Assembly: GCF_001186125.1 (NCBI RefSeq)
Contig: NW_014040490.1
Location: forward strand, 68,362-129,166
DNA: 60,805 nt
Reading direction: 5' to 3'
Source: Sphaeroforma arctica JP610
Taxonomy: Eukaryota
Made by a program: the position numbers and the translations under genes. Of the stretch, positions 13,986 through 29,103 are shown piece by piece. Positions within the stretch are counted from its first letter, which is position 1. Every line of letters starts with the position of its first letter. A model generated the notes under the pieces. The model was not told where the DNA came from and did no database searches. It saw only the letters and a program-made list of their open reading frames with translations.

Positions 13986-16123
13986 AGTGTCGTAAACTGT
14001 GTATATACCACCTGTAAGAATTTGTTCTATTGTCCGGTTCTGCGTAGTCAACATGCAATAAGCGAGTGTGTGAATAGTTCATTGACACTAAAGGAGTTCA
14101 GCGTACAAAAATCCAAATATTTATTTGAATTTGATTATCTGCATTTCTTTGTGCTTTATTTTCAAAACAACTCCTAAGAGGTAGTAGCATAGAAAGAAAT
14201 GGCACATTTTCGTTGGTTCGCGGCATTCCAACGGTATAGTGGAGCCCGCCGGAGCCAAACAGGCGCAGAGGCGATACATAATAAATACCAATCGTTCTCT
14301 CTTGGTTGCTTGGTTTCTGTCGTACCGGTACTACAAATTTAGTTCGCATACCGGGACTCAAAGCTGGCCGCCAAAATTTATAAATTGCTGATGTCATCAA
14401 TATCATATCACATTTTGATTTGCGTTCTGGTACGTAGTATACCGATTACCACCTTTTGAAATTCTACTACACTCTAGCACAGAGAGTGTGGGGACTAGTA
14501 TCTCTTTACAGTTTGGGTTTGGCCCTCTCTACATCTAGTGGACAGTAGAGAGAAGAAAGAAATCCTCGGACGCAAGTCCGTAGAAGCTTGGTTGAGATTA
14601 CATTATGAGTGTAACCTCACAATACAGCGCCCAGTCGCCATCCAGTACACAATAGCAAGGTTTCGGTTCAGGAAAATTGCATCCCGATAGAGATGCCGGC
14701 CACGAATTGCACGAATCAACAACATGGCAGTGCTTTGTACCAACAAACGGCGTCTTCGAGACCACATAAGGTACCAAATACAATTGTTACTGCCACAGAC
14801 CTGCTGATGCATTAGTGCTTGTCAACAATGTTTTGTAGAAGCATGTCAAGCACAGTATATACCAAATTATATTCTACTAAGAAAATTAAATGCAAGTTTT
14901 GTATTTTTTTTGTGAGAGTGGGTTCATGTGCATGCTCTGTTGTTTCATCGCTACGGTGCGATACCACTTTGAAGCTAAACATGCTTGCAAAATTATGATC
15001 ATTAGTGCGAGATAGGACAAATACATTCTCATCAAAGTTCATTCAATCACCTGGCTTGCGAGAGCTGAATGCAGTAATTGTGCGTTGTATCAGAATTCGC
15101 CAATGACAGTAATATTCGCCTCCCGATTTCACTCATACAGTTGAATCAAAACAATATCACTCTACGTGTGTATGGGTGTGCAGAAGTACTGCACATGCAT
15201 ATGTCTTGTCGTCTCACATCGGCGGAATGGGGAATTTGTCGTGTTCAAGTCTGGTACCTACTGACTATTCAAAATCAGAATGTCAAAGAACATCCTTCAA
15301 GGAATGGCGTTGTTCTGTCTTCTTATAGTGACATGGGCGTGGATATAGAAAAAGTATCATCACGCGCGGTATCGTGTGCAAATATCAGCGCTAGTCCATT
15401 GAGAATCATAATTTTATAATTTTATAGTTCTTTCCATCGAATTTCAACTTCACTGATCACTGATCCACGGGCAAACTTTCGTATCAGCATATTGTGCGCC
15501 CCCAAATAATTGATAAAGGATATCTTGGTCTATCTTCTGCAATCCAATTATCTATTGTAGCTAGTCAGGACTGTTAGGTTGTGATTCGAAGGCTGGACAT
15601 AAGAAAACGTGATTTGTGTTGGTTATACCATTTAACCCTGTGATGAGCAGACGTTGAACCGTCTTTTACTGTGAGTGTTGACTTTGATTGTATAAGCTCA
15701 TTCTTGTATGAATCTGATATCTAACATGATCCTGACTGCAGAACATTACTGTCGCATTAAGGTTGCGGTTGCGCGTTGGCTCCCGATTCAAGTGCTACTA
15801 TGTATATACAGAGCACTCACTCTCTTTGGATATGTGGTGCTACGAGTTGTATCGTACCCATCGGCTGTTTAGCATGTATTGCTCCGGCGAGTGTTACTGG
15901 TAACATACCGGCATTCTCCGGGCACTCGACTAGAAATGTGCCACATTTCCATCCATACTTTACAAGTACCTGCCGTTTCTCATCAACCAAACACGTTGAC
16001 ATGCGCTGCTAGTTCTAATTCTCAGCCGCCATCGTATGCGGCTAAAGTGGTTGTCTGTATGCGTGCTGACAGATTTTACTTTAGTAGCTTGTTCGCTGAC
16101 TACTGCTTTCGTCACATTATAAG

Positions 16124-19100
16124 GGAATGTCTGACATTACATGCTTTCGAGGGCCCGTTAACGGACAATCAGCTCCGGCGTCATGTTGATACCATAACAG
16201 ACACCCTTTCAGGTATGTCGTGTATTAGAAACCTGTACCTTCCCGGGAGCGGCTTGATTAGAGATAAATCTGAATTGTTGTGATCTTATATGTTTTGTGG
16301 CAATTATTCAACATTCTGCTTTTTCTCGCGTCATAATTCACTCGACAGAAAGAGGCTTCGAAAACTGTCAACTGGGAAACCTCGCATCACCACAGCGCCA
16401 ATCAGACTACTCCGCTGAACACACCTTCTTGGTTGGAGTCATCACGTATCAGCCTGTGACGTATGTGTGGTCCGCCATGACCTTTGAGAGTATTATGTTG
16501 TCTTAGTGTTGTCGGTGATATGCAGTTATGTTTAACCAGCGCACTCTTCGAACGCCTTTGAGCATGGAAGTGTGCACACGTAATTTCACTTGTTTAGAAC
16601 TTGGCTATATGGAAACCCAAGCCAGTTTGTTCACAGCACTTTCCTTTCCCCGTTATGGTTGTCACCAATCTATTTTGTACTGATCATCACTAATCAAACA
16701 GAGCTAAGCTGGACAACCTAGTTGGCGATTTATTCCTTGAAGACTGTACTGGTGCTCTTCCCCTTGAACTGGCCATCTACGACCCTGTATGCCTCTGCTT
16801 CGATATCCTTTACTCGTGTGTTCTAAGAAATGTCTCATTTCGTTTTTACGTACCAGTACATATCACAGGCCGAACTATTCTTTCGATTGCAATGGTATGA
16901 TGTTATATTAAAGCTGGCGAACAGCTGCTAATCTGCGATATCTTCTTTTTGAGCAGATGTATGTAGGTGCTTTAGTAGCACTGTATGACTACAGTACGGT
17001 GGTCACTAAGTCTTCTGCAGTTCAATATACTTCACCAGCAGAAGGTTTCCGGCCTCTCGCATGTTGTAGTAGTGAAGCAAGCGTGTGGTCGCGAAGCCCT
17101 CCAGGTTCCGACTCTAAAGAATTTAAGTACTTGGAGGTGAGCGGAGTGGCCATCATCACACCATGTGAGTATTGTACACCTGTAGATTCGAATATTCGAA
17201 AATTCAATAGTTGGTGCATATCTACACGTATCTGTTTATCACTTCACTGTGAAAGTATATNNNNNNNNNNNNNNNNNNNNGTGTATACGTGTATTTTTGG
17301 TTTTTGAAGTTGCGCCCCCGTGACGCTGTTTTGAACGATATCTGTCCGTCTTTTCCACTGCGGACTTTGCCTATTGTTAGTCTCCAAAATATGGCTGATT
17401 CGTGTGCTTTTATCTCTCTCAGATCGCGGATTGTCCTCAATGTGGTGGGTATTGTCTCAGCTGTAAGCCCTGTGATTCAGCTGCAGGGTAGGACTTTTTT
17501 CTTCGTAGAATTACGTTCATATCAAGTGAACGAGCCTCCACTACAGCCGCGCATGAAATGTGTAAGTCAATGTGATTGTTGATGCGTGTGTACGTGTGGT
17601 AAGTGTGGACGCTAAATATCACTCAACTTCGGCAATTTCGGGGATTTGAAATACTGCAGCAGTTTCCTTTTTTTTTAAAAGCGCGAGTTGCTTGTGACCA
17701 AGGCTTATTCAGTGCAGGATGGATCTGGGTTTGTGTATCGCCCATCATGTTCTATTGTCGTTGCTATCAAATAATGAAAGTCGTTCACAATGTGTAGGCA
17801 AGATGTCCGAAGAGTATAGTACTGTTTGAGGGCGGCGACCAAGTACACTGGCGATCTTTCCTGCACATTGGTAAGGTGTGTCTGGTGACATGCTTGCAGA
17901 GAAAGCGGCTGTATGAACTTCCTATCCTTGAAGCACAGTCGGCCAAAGAGCTATTTCTGCAGCGGACAGGGACTGTGGTGCTAAGCGGATTACTGTATCC
18001 CGCATTGGAAACCTACGAACCTTATTCGAGTGGCCGACATGGACCACATGGTATATTTCTCGCCATCCAAGATATTTTCATATTTCTGCACAGTAAAGCT
18101 CTTCCTCCCTTCCTGTCTACGCATGCCTCGCTTCATATTTGTTTGGACAATATGGTCGGTATCTACCCCAATGTAGTTGTACTAAATTCCCCTCTGACTA
18201 TCTTAATTACCTCGCTTCGTATACCATAGACTGCTCACCGGACGAATGCCTCAACCATGGAGAGGTTCCCACCGTATCATATCTAGGCCAAATCTCTCAC
18301 AGCGAGAGTATGTCGCATCGGATATACTCTCTCGACCACGGCAAACTTTACCTGTTCTTGACCCATCAAGAAGCCACCAAATATGGCCGCGGCTTCCGCG
18401 TAGGCGCAAGCGTGAAGGTACACAATGCACATCCCATTTTTGACGCCACATCGCGGGATACGCGGACTCTGGTGGGATTGGCGTGTTGCTCGTACAGCTC
18501 TGTGGTAGTGTGTACATATTCCGATATCCCAGATGCGCCGTTTGTGCCGACTCTACCGCAGCGCGACTCTTTCTCAGCATTTCCGGTATGCCCATTTAAA
18601 ACTTCTGATTTTCTGGTGAAGATTTGTTTTGTTTCTCTTCAATTCCTTCAAATCAACTGAATTGAGAGTTATTTGCACATTTTAGCTCGTGTTGTGTTGT
18701 GATCAGTCATGCTGAGACAAGTTTCAATTGGTGTATCGGAGCAGATGATTTCGTCGGTGAGGGATTACCTTTGGGCATTTCGGGCATCCTTAGTGCTTTC
18801 GTTAAAATTCCAGGGCATTTTCAGGGTTAAAGGATGCTCATTTGAAGGTCTTCGTATTCCCAACACAAACGATGAACCGTATCTCTCGGCAGATATCATT
18901 GCGTCCAATGATATACGGGTAAGTTTGTACAGGCTCACCAATCGTTTGTGTACAAAGATGGCGATTGTACTGAGAAGATTCGAATTTGCCAAAAGATACC
19001 TTCGTATCTCTACTACTAACATAAGCATCTTGCGGTTATTGTCACGATGGCAGAGAGTGATCGACTGGTTCATGCGCCTGCCTCCAAGTACCCGAGCTCG

Positions 19101-22100
19101 TCTTCTAGGCCTTGTAAACAAGCTACTGAAGGCTACGAAAGCTACAACCAATACTGAAGAGGTAGATGCAAATAAATTTGCCGCGTATCCAAATGGGGTT
19201 GATTCCGAAGAGGAAGACATTGGGTGAGTTCTGGGTTTTGTGCAAATAATGGTGCATCTGTGTTTTGGACTAACTTGTCTGATCTTTGAATTAGAATTCT
19301 TCTCATCCAGTCCACGGGTGTTGAATGTTGCTGTATTGATTGTAATATTCTAATGTAGCAAATTTTTCTCTTTGAAGATGTGACAATTACTTAGCACCAC
19401 CTTCAAATCGATACGCACACAGGGGAGTTGCAGAAAGTACTAGCAGTGCTCAAAAGGTCTACCAAGAATTTATCAACCATAATACTCGTGGGGCGTGCAC
19501 ACTCATGCGACTGCCTTCTACGCCGATGCCAAGTATCCGCTTCATTAGAGAAGTCTGCAGTGTGCGTGTCTTGCAAACGAATGCGATGGTGGATGTATCA
19601 GATCCTAACGGGGACAGTGGCCGATACCGGATATACAGGTCGGAGCAGATATTCAACACGCTGGAAGCTTCCTCTGTGGCCAGCGGTTTCGTAGGGAAAG
19701 ATAATAGTGTGCTAGTCTACTATCTACGGTATGTGTGCATCTAGTGTGCGCAAGTCTCCAACAGTACACGAGTATGCATATAGAAGCAGTCGTATGGTAC
19801 GGAAGACGTGCAATATGTGATGGTTCTTGATTCTGTATGCAATATGAGAGGAGTGGGCGGGGGGATGGTAACTGACCCATCTTCAACCCACAGATACTCA
19901 TCCAGTTTGCGATGTCTGAAGATGAGCGATTGTGATAAGGATGCGATCGACGTCATTGTGCCTGGGTTAGAGCCCGAATCACTTCGGTGTCTTTTCGCGC
20001 TCAGAAAGTTTTACCTGGTCATTGAAGACCTGCCTGAGGATAGTCGTGGTGTGGCGGACGTATTAAAATACATCTACGCGGCAAAGGAGGATGTCCTGCA
20101 GTTGGTAAGTCCTCAAAATCTTCCCATCCACCTTTGCGGTGTACGTCGAACAATTTTGCGGACAGTCTGTTGCTTAGCCACGCACAACAGCTAGGTGTTC
20201 CCTTGTGTGTTCATCGATGTATATTACGAGTCCGCTCTAGATAGTTCACAGTAGTTGGCGACTATACACCCGTACCACGTTTTAATTTGCGTTTGTAATT
20301 CTAGTTTTCAGGCTTGTGTAGATAGTAGTAAGAAAGAGACATGTTTCTCGACACCGAAGTTGATTATCTATATCCTTTTATTGCAGACTAAATCCGGAAA
20401 ACGTAAAGTCCCGAGTGCAACGGCGGACAGAGGTGAGTGTTACAAATTACATGCTTGAAGTGCCGACTTGGTTTTGGTTGTTTTCAAACTTGATAAGCCT
20501 GTTTCTGACATGTACTTCACTATGCACCGTATGCAATGCTACTTGCATACTAATAGAACGACCCATCACTGGTAAACAAAGAGTTGTGAGCAATGGTCGT
20601 ATACCAATCGATGCCGAGATCATGATCCTGAATAAGCATGAAACAAGTAAGGTGCTGGGCTCTTGCGAGTCGTACGCTACCGCCGTGGTTCTACACTCCA
20701 ACATAACCGCAACTGTAAGTACTCGGGCAAATGCTTGTGCACGTCTCCATAATATATCACTTACATGATTCACTTACATTTGTTGCCGCTGGCGAATACC
20801 CGATTTGCACATAGTCCAGTACCAGCTTTTTCATATGAGGCCAATCCGAGCGTCATGAGCGCTATAAACAATCAAATACGTTCAATTATAACCTGACAGA
20901 GCCCGAAGTCCAATCTCGGTCCACTCACGGTACAGTACACAGCGTAATTCCAATGAGGTATTCAAGTGTTTATACAGTCCAGTGTAATCTGCAGGTTTTC
21001 TTGTGTGCTACCAACGTCTGTGAATGGTCTACTTCAATATTTATGTGATCGTATCATCATGCATATCCTATTTAGTCACAAACCGCGCACCGCAACCAAG
21101 GGCGTGGTCGAGGCCGTGGAAGGCCCGCAGGCCTGAACCCCCCCGTGACAGTACAGCTTACCTTACTAGGCAAGGGTGAGGAAAACTTTCCCTTTTTGGT
21201 TCCAAGGAAGCACTATCGTCTAACCAATGCGCGGACGAATGCGATTTTGCCGAGCGGAGATTCGTGGGTTATTGATGATTTCACGGTGGTTGAGTCGATG
21301 CATAGAGAGTGCGTATCTCACACTGCGACTGACCGGGATAGTGGGATGGTGCGGTTGAGCGATACTGTACTCTCCCATCTTGATGAATTGTATGATGTCC
21401 GGCACCTACTGAATGGTATGTGCTAGCTCAAAAAAATTAGCAGTTGTTTTACGAAGTTGACATTTTGGGTGCGGTTTTTTGGACATGGTAGATTTGTCAT
21501 GGGGTGTCCTTTTTTTGTGGTGCGAGGTGCGAGGCGGGCTTGACTAAAATTGGATTTAATATAGAACATAAAGGCCTGTTTTCAAGTGTATTTACGACAA
21601 CATTTTCCTGTTTAAGGCTGATATCGAAACTATACATGGCTAAAAACGAGAAGGTATATCTAACGGGTCAAATACATGTCAAAGTGAAAAAACTTACTAG
21701 CTATGACTTTGGCATTCTTGCCGTATGTCTAGTATTCGGGTTTGATGCATCAAAGGCGTTTATACATACCTTTAATTTCCGGCTACTTACATATGAAATT
21801 TTCACTGGATATGTCTTTAAAAACCAAAGCCAAATCACTTGCCTTATTGTTCCCTGGCCGCAGCGTCCACGCGATTGGCTGACTTCGTATCCGTGCGCGG
21901 GATAGTAAAAGAACGCATCTTCGTCGCCGCGGAAGATCCGAATGACACATCCGAGGTAAGCCGAACGAATCTGAGAGCTTCCAGCGTACACTTGCATATC
22001 TAAGTGTGGTTCTCGAGGAACACGTATCGCTTAAGTGGCACACTCCTTGGTTAAACCTTGGATGAATTTGTTCGACTCCGACGGCACTAGTAAATGTGTT

Positions 22101-25097
22101 GTGCACAATCCATACCATCATACAAGCTATCGTTCCTGTGACTTGAAGTTCTGCCAAAGTAAAAGATGGGTTAATCCTGGACACTGTACTATTTATCGTT
22201 TTCCTTGTTTACAGACTGCAAAGCAAATGTGTGCTTAGGTCGTACAACTTCTTGTCTTATTTTTATGCAGACTGTCAAAGTAAGGCTGGCGGACATAGCC
22301 AGCCCTCTAGAGGTGATGGATGTCTACGTTTCCCTGCAAACCGGGCGCAAAAAAATATTGATGGGCCTGATACCAGGTATGCGGATTTGCATTACAAGAT
22401 ACGGACTTTCCACAACTCACATGCTAGTAGCTTCCCAATACTCCCGTAGTGTCAATATGTGTTGACCTTGACCATAATTCTTTGCGTTCGAATGATTCAC
22501 ACAGTTGTGACTTTACACTATCCGCAGGGTCGACTGTGTGCTTCGAGCGTGTCCATGCCCGTGTTTCGCGGAAGGGCAATCTGTACGCCCACTTCAAAGC
22601 CCTGAGCAACATCACTGTCCAGGCGTTGCCGGTAGCTGATACACACTCACCGAATGGGGATGCACAAGGGGCCATTGCGGATCAAGTCACTCAGAAGGGT
22701 GTCATACACTACGGTGTTGACCCTCGCACTGGAAAAAATAGTATCTTACCGCAAATACAGCCTGCTGTGAACTACGGTACTGACAACGCTCTGGATATTT
22801 GTGGCAGTTGCGGCTCGTTTTACTTTGCTTTTTACTATTTCATGTGCGACGTGCACCTCGATTGTCAAGTTAGATGTGCATTCTCATGGTTTTGCTAAAC
22901 TTTGGCTAGCTGTATTGTATCAGTATACTTCCGCCATACGATTACTATTAGAGTTGCTGTAACAAAGGTGTCTGAACAATGTTCGCATAAACTTTCCCAC
23001 GCCTATTAGGCGACTATGACAAATGGCTATTGAAGGACTTCCTTCTGTCTTCTGGTCCTACCGGGACATCGAACGAGCCCTCTGACAGTTACCAGCACGC
23101 AAGTAGGGTAAAAAAAGCCGTAAATGTGCAGAATCGTCCGCATCTTGTTTGGTGTTTCATCAACACAATACAGCACATCAAGCTCACGCATGGTTGCGTA
23201 ACGTGTGGGCAAACCATGCGGATTACATGCCTGGTGTGCCAAGAGAATCATCCCGGTCGGGTATGTATTATAATGTATCGTATATGGGAAGTGCTCAATC
23301 GGGGTTTACAGATCCTTCTTACTTAAGTGATTGGCTATAACTTTGTAATACCAACCTGAAGTCACGAATACGTTAATGCACTCGCATACGAGGCATCATT
23401 CGTACGAGTTGGCTCTGGCACCTGAGCAAATAATAGTTGCAAAGCGTGCTTATATATTAGCTATATGCACTGGTTCGTATTGTATCGGAAGCCACAGGTT
23501 CCTGTCAATATGATGCTATAATTTTGCTCTTTCGAATAGCATTCTCTATTTTCGTATCCAAACGTATCTTTGAGACTATCACAGGAAGGTGACAAAGGAC
23601 TTTTGCGTTGTAGTGCGCGAGTTTTTGTCGAAGATGGAACTTCGGAGGCTGTGGTGTTGTTTGACGATCCATATGATATTTTCAACCATGTGCTCCGACT
23701 GAGTACTGCACAGCAAAGTGAAATTATGGTAGGTGAGATTGACTAAGTATGTGTGTTTATTTACGCGGATTTAGGTGATTTTGTATAGAAAGTATTCTCC
23801 ATTTGCAAATACATATGTAATATCCAAAAAAAAATTCAATGAACCGGTTGGCGAAACTGGTATCACATCCGAGCTTCGATGTCTCGTTCTCAAAAACAAT
23901 GTCGGAATGGCTATAGCTTACACAAACCACAGTACACACCTAGTACTGATCCTGCATAATATATCTCGCAGAACTTGACGAGGAAGCGTGGATCATTGGA
24001 GCTGTTCGCCAAAGATCTCAACAGCGTGCCGAACGAAACAAACAAGGGTAATAGGGATTCACACTTCTGGAATGGCAGGGAACATGCGAAGGAGGCAAGA
24101 AGTATCTTAGGAGATCTCAAACGAGTCCACAGACATATAACCTTACTATGTGTGCTAGTGTCCTCCCACCGTGACAGCTCTGAGAAAGATCAGCTCACAA
24201 CGAATTATGTCCCGTATGACGTTCTTCTATGCGATGAGGCTGAAAATAGCATAGGAAAGGTAAAATTATTCGTGCTTTGAATCAAGCAACTTGCGATGTG
24301 ATATTGGAGGTAGCTCTATAAATATTGGCAGAGTAATTCTGGTCGTACCTGTCAGATGCGTGGTTGTTTCTGCCGCTTCTGCTACAAGGCATACTTCATA
24401 CCATGCTTCATACTGCGCTCTATGTCTCGTCGGCATATATTGACAGCCATAGTGTGTGCGCCTGCTGTCCTTGTGCAGTTGTATAAGAGTATACATGAGA
24501 GATCGGCTCGACAGTCAAACAATTCGTGAGGCTTCCTACGAATGCTTCGCCACTCACGTGTGTATCTTCACAAAGATTGACTGAACAAAACTAATCGGAT
24601 TTCTTCACATCTTTTTCTCACAGGATTCGGAGTCGAAAACCGAACCGCAAATGAATTATGAGTAAGTTACTGTTACCCTTGTGACAAGTTATATGCGCAT
24701 GTGTTGCATTTGGAAATACACACAAAAGATTCACGATCACTTATGTGCAAATCTTGCTTTTCATAACCAGTTTCCCTGAGACTTCGTACTAATTATGCTA
24801 TGCCTATTAGAATGATAGCTGCGTTCAAGTTATTTATCTCGTTTCCGATATGGTTTTGTATTTGTGCTTATGTTTGCTACCGAACTGATACCGTGCAGCC
24901 CATCGAGCTCTGACTTGGCGTATTTTCTTATTTATCCCAGTTTGAAGAAAATTTACATTGCGAAGGATGTCTATATCGACACGCGCAAAGGCGCACAGCT
25001 AGTTCTAAGGCCGTTGGGTGTGCATCAGACGAGTGCAACAAACGAATTGAGAAGTATCATGAACGACCTGGTTAACTCGGGTTCAAACCCTTGCTAG
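16124..25097 (+). CDS. CTC1: CST complex subunit CTC1, multi-OB-fold telomere protein. The 5' end is unresolved (candidate ATG exon at 14693-14770); the last exons are 24625-24661 and 24941-25097
   Basis: Ordered blocks resemble CTC1: FLVGVIT..GDLFLEDCTGALPLEL; VVGIVSAVSPVIQLQGRTFFFVEL; VHWRSFLHIG; VSYLGQI...IYSLDHGKLYLFLTHQ...GFRVGASVKVHNAHP..LACCSYSSVVV; GLIPG...RVSRKGNLY; a C-x-x-C zinc region; ARVFVEDGTSEAVV. Confidence 0.85.
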
Positions 25098-25919
25098 CAG
25101 TACGCATCTCCTGCATATCGTTTGACCGCCCACGTTCATCAAATGCGCGGAATCAGATTGCGATGTATCTCACCACTGACACATACTAAACAATTTTAGG
25201 CAAATATTTAGAAGAATTAGGTGTAGGGTTACCGATGACACACCCCATACGCACATTCCACAACTAGTACATTGTGGATCACATACTTTATTAGACAGCG
25301 GAAATAGGGCTCGCCGCTAGGTATGCCAAACGACGACCCGAAACGAGAAGCACATCCGTAGTGTAAATGTAGAAGAAATTTATGCGCAAATACGAAAGTT
25401 GAAAAATTGTTGAATGATTGACAACAAACAATATCAGCACATACCGCACCCGCTACTATGGAGAGTGTACCTGTATGTCATGTAGTAGTGCCCTATAGTA
25501 GCCCTATAGGCTCAGGACAAGGAAAACACGATATAACTCGGGCAAACACGCATAGTAGATTGAAGCCACCGTAAAGACAACGCACACGCGAATCAAACTG
25601 TAACACCAAAAAACCTTACTTCGTTCATAGAGGCTGTATTGGAACAAGCGCCTAGGAGCGGTAGAATGGAATGTAACAATCTCCATAACCAGTCGAAGTA
25701 TAAACCCGCGATTTATATTTCGTGAAATCCTTATTGTCTTGGCGTCAGATTTTGAAACTGTGATACATCATATAGATTGAGTCCCCAATGATATTTAATG
25801 TTGGATAGGGGTGATCCTGACTAGGTTTTTGTTATTTACTTATGTTCCGTGAATGATAGCGACGGCGCATTCGGTGGCCATTCTGCAGTTATATATACGA
25901 CATGGGTTGCTCCTTGTGA

Positions 25920-28228
25920 TTAATCGTGGTACACGTGGCCATAGTCTGGTGGGGGTTCTGAAGGCCCCTCATACGATGGCGGTTCGTTGTGCTCGTCGAG
26001 TTCTACCACATCCATCTCATAATCCATCTGTATATGGGCATTTAGGTGCATCAGCAGGGATTACAAACAAGAAGTATGCGAATACATCCTGATGATATTT
26101 GTAATGATAAACTTCAGACCAGGCAGGTTCGGATAAATTTCGATGAATACCTTTCACACAAAAAGGGTAGACTCACCTGCCGTGTGTATTTATAGCTTCG
26201 GCACCCTCTGCAGGGCAAGAGACTTTTAAAGGCGACCCAGCACCCGCTGGCCTTCTCGCCCATCCCGAAATCATCCCTCAGTAGTACCCATATCCTATAA
26301 CAGTAACTGTAGACACCTGGTTATGCAAAGATCCTGTTAGTGTCAGTGGACTTCAAATATGATAAGGAGCCTGCCCAATAACTATACACAACTAAACGCG
26401 TGCAAAATTAGTACACTGACAGACTCCGCGCAGATGATCATCTGCGTGCAACAGGAAGACATGTATCAGACATCGAAAAAGCGAAAGGACAACAAATGAG
26501 CGGCCATGCGACCCCGATAATAATCGAAATCAAGACGCCCACATTGCCCTAAACACGCGTGCAAAACATACAATATGCATATGCTTCACATTTGATACTA
26601 TCAATCCTGCATACGAACATACTGTCAACCGGCGCACAGCACAGGGAATGAAGATAGAGCAGAAACGAGATCAACATGATGAGACCCATCACCACCCACA
26701 TGACCATTATGGAGTACTGCCGATTGGAAAGAAAGCGCGATTAGTAGGCGCAGGCAAATGTAATTGTCATGTATCGCAACCAGATCAGTCACAAACTCGA
26801 CTAAACACGTTTGTGCCTCGCTTGTACGGTTTGTTTGAATCGAAAAAGACTGCATTGAATTCTCATCTCATAGCGCGCTTGGGATCATACCGAATAAGGA
26901 ACCGGATCGTAGGTCACCCAATTGTAGCCTCCAGTCGCATGCATCGGACTGTACATACAAGGATATACCTGTCCTTCATTATATGATCGCAACCACGTTT
27001 GCTTATCCATGAAACCGCCACTCTTAGAGTCACAGTCGATCGGATTACACGCATACGCCTAGAGTTGAGCAGTGATATCCCGAAACCAGGGAGAGCAGAG
27101 AAAGTCGGAACAGAAAGCTTTGGTGAGGGAATACGAGCGATTGAAATCGAGTCACCCGATACCGTGCAACTGTGCACACACGACATGACGACGGTTTAGG
27201 AAGTCACACAAGAATACACAAATACTCGTGCACGCGATATATAGAAATGCACAAAATCACACGCGGACAAGAACTGAAGCTCGAGCAACCGTTCCCTTTT
27301 GTTTCATTGGCGATTAATTTGAAGTAAATTTTACATACTGCGGTGTTCACGCGTACACTCGATAGATATACCTCGAATCGCTCGGTGACCTCTCCTTCTT
27401 CATCGTACACCGTGACGAAATTGGCTATCTTGGCTTCGTTGATGAAAAATGAGTAGACGCTCTTGTCCGTTACCTATAAATTATACGTGAAAATTAGAAC
27501 ATCCATGTGAGAAGGCACTTGGCCAAACGAAAGGGACGTCCAAAGTTTGATTCCATGCTCTTTCGATGTACACAACAAACCCCTGGCAGCAGCGTCTGTG
27601 ACTACATATGAGAAAATACTCTCACTGACATGTACATCGACGAAACTTCACAACAAACTGACCTTTTGAACATGGACTCGACATGCCCAGGTGCCCAGAG
27701 CAAAGCATATAGACAAGTGGTAAAAATTACAGTGTCTAAAGGCCGAACTTCTACGCAATGAGACCATATACACCTGCGCCTACGAATATTCGTGTCGCAC
27801 GTCAACATTCAGATATATGAAACAATGCAAAATTAACCATTATTAAAACCCATATATGCATGTATAATATATAAACACACAGACACAGACAAAGACATAG
27901 ACACACACACACACACATATATATAAATATATATATATATATGTATATACATACACACATATACAAACATACATACATATATACATACTTACTTATACAT
28001 ACCTATATATATATACTTGAAATATACGTACCCAGACACAAACACACCCACCCCTACACGCACACACACACACAAACACACCCACCCATACACGCACACA
28101 CACACACAAACACAGACACAGACACAGACACAGACAGACATATATGTATATATATATGAGTACTAACATATATAATTATATATATCTTTTTTATAATCAC
28201 GTACATATATATATATCCTACACACACA

Positions 28229-28293
<65 letters not shown>

Positions 28294-28443
28294 GTGTGTG
28301 TGCACGTAAGCGTGTGTAGCACGTAAATCTATAACAGATATATACATACATATATATATATATATATGTACACACACACACAAATATATATATATATATA
28401 TATTATAGATGCAAGTCCTCACACACACACACACATACACACA

Positions 28444-28493
<50 letters not shown>

Positions 28494-28539
28494 CGTACCC
28501 ACATCTTCATGCGTATGCCTCTTATGTAATCACGTATAG

Positions 28540-28571
<32 letters not shown>

Positions 28572-29103
28572 ACGTAAAAGCGTATATTCTTTATAGATAT
28601 AGTATACTATGTACGAGTATGAGTATAAGAAACATAACATCAAAACAAACGTCGACGGAATAGACGACAGTTGAGACGTGATTTTTTGAGTGTGTACACG
28701 CGTTTGCTTATCTGCATAGTGGGTTATAATTTTGGAGAGATGTGATAACGTACTGACTGGCGTTTACACTCCTCGTGTTCAGAGACAGTGATAGATCGCA
28801 AATGGGAGTATGGAAACTGACTTGCGCCCCAACTAACTCAGTTTCGACGGATTCAAAGGTGGCAGAGTATATTCACATGTAAATATTCTTACTCATTATA
28901 TATGATAATGTTTTAATTTCGACATTTTGCCAAACGATGCTTACCTTACACTCTGCTGAAACAAAGTTCTTGTATACGTAGTACTCTGGAATTAATAGTA
29001 GAGTTATTAAAAAAGTTATGAAGGTCATTATTGATAGGATCCACAGCCTTGCACATCTCTGCGGACCTATGTTTTCTTCATTTAAACTCAGTAAAGTGCT
29101 CAT
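25920..29103 (-). CDS. Uncharacterised ~280-aa membrane protein with 3 predicted TM helices, a Cys-containing loop and two C-terminal PPxY motifs (exons 29103-28945, 27473-27372, 27058-26891, 26716-26615, 26548-~26472, ~26294-26177, 26027-25920)
   Basis: Phase-consistent GT-AG splicing gives MSTLL...LWILSIMTFITFLITLLLIPEYYVYKNFVSAECK|VTDKS...|AYACNPIDC...WLRSYNEGQVYPCMYSP...|YSIMVMWVVMGLIMLISFLLYLHSLCC...|GNVGVLISIIIGVAWPLICCPFAF..|...EPPSYEGPSEPPPDYGHVYHD*. Confidence 0.75.
27880..28570. repeat. Compound (CA)n/(TA)n/(CAGACA)n microsatellite block in intron 1 of the membrane-protein gene
   Basis: Directly visible in the sequence. Confidence 0.95.

Noticed and set aside
16803..16812. ATATCCTTT as a U12 (AT-AC) donor in CTC1
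   Set aside because: A standard GT-AG intron (~16787-16956) already gives the homologous in-frame junction DP|MYVGAL.
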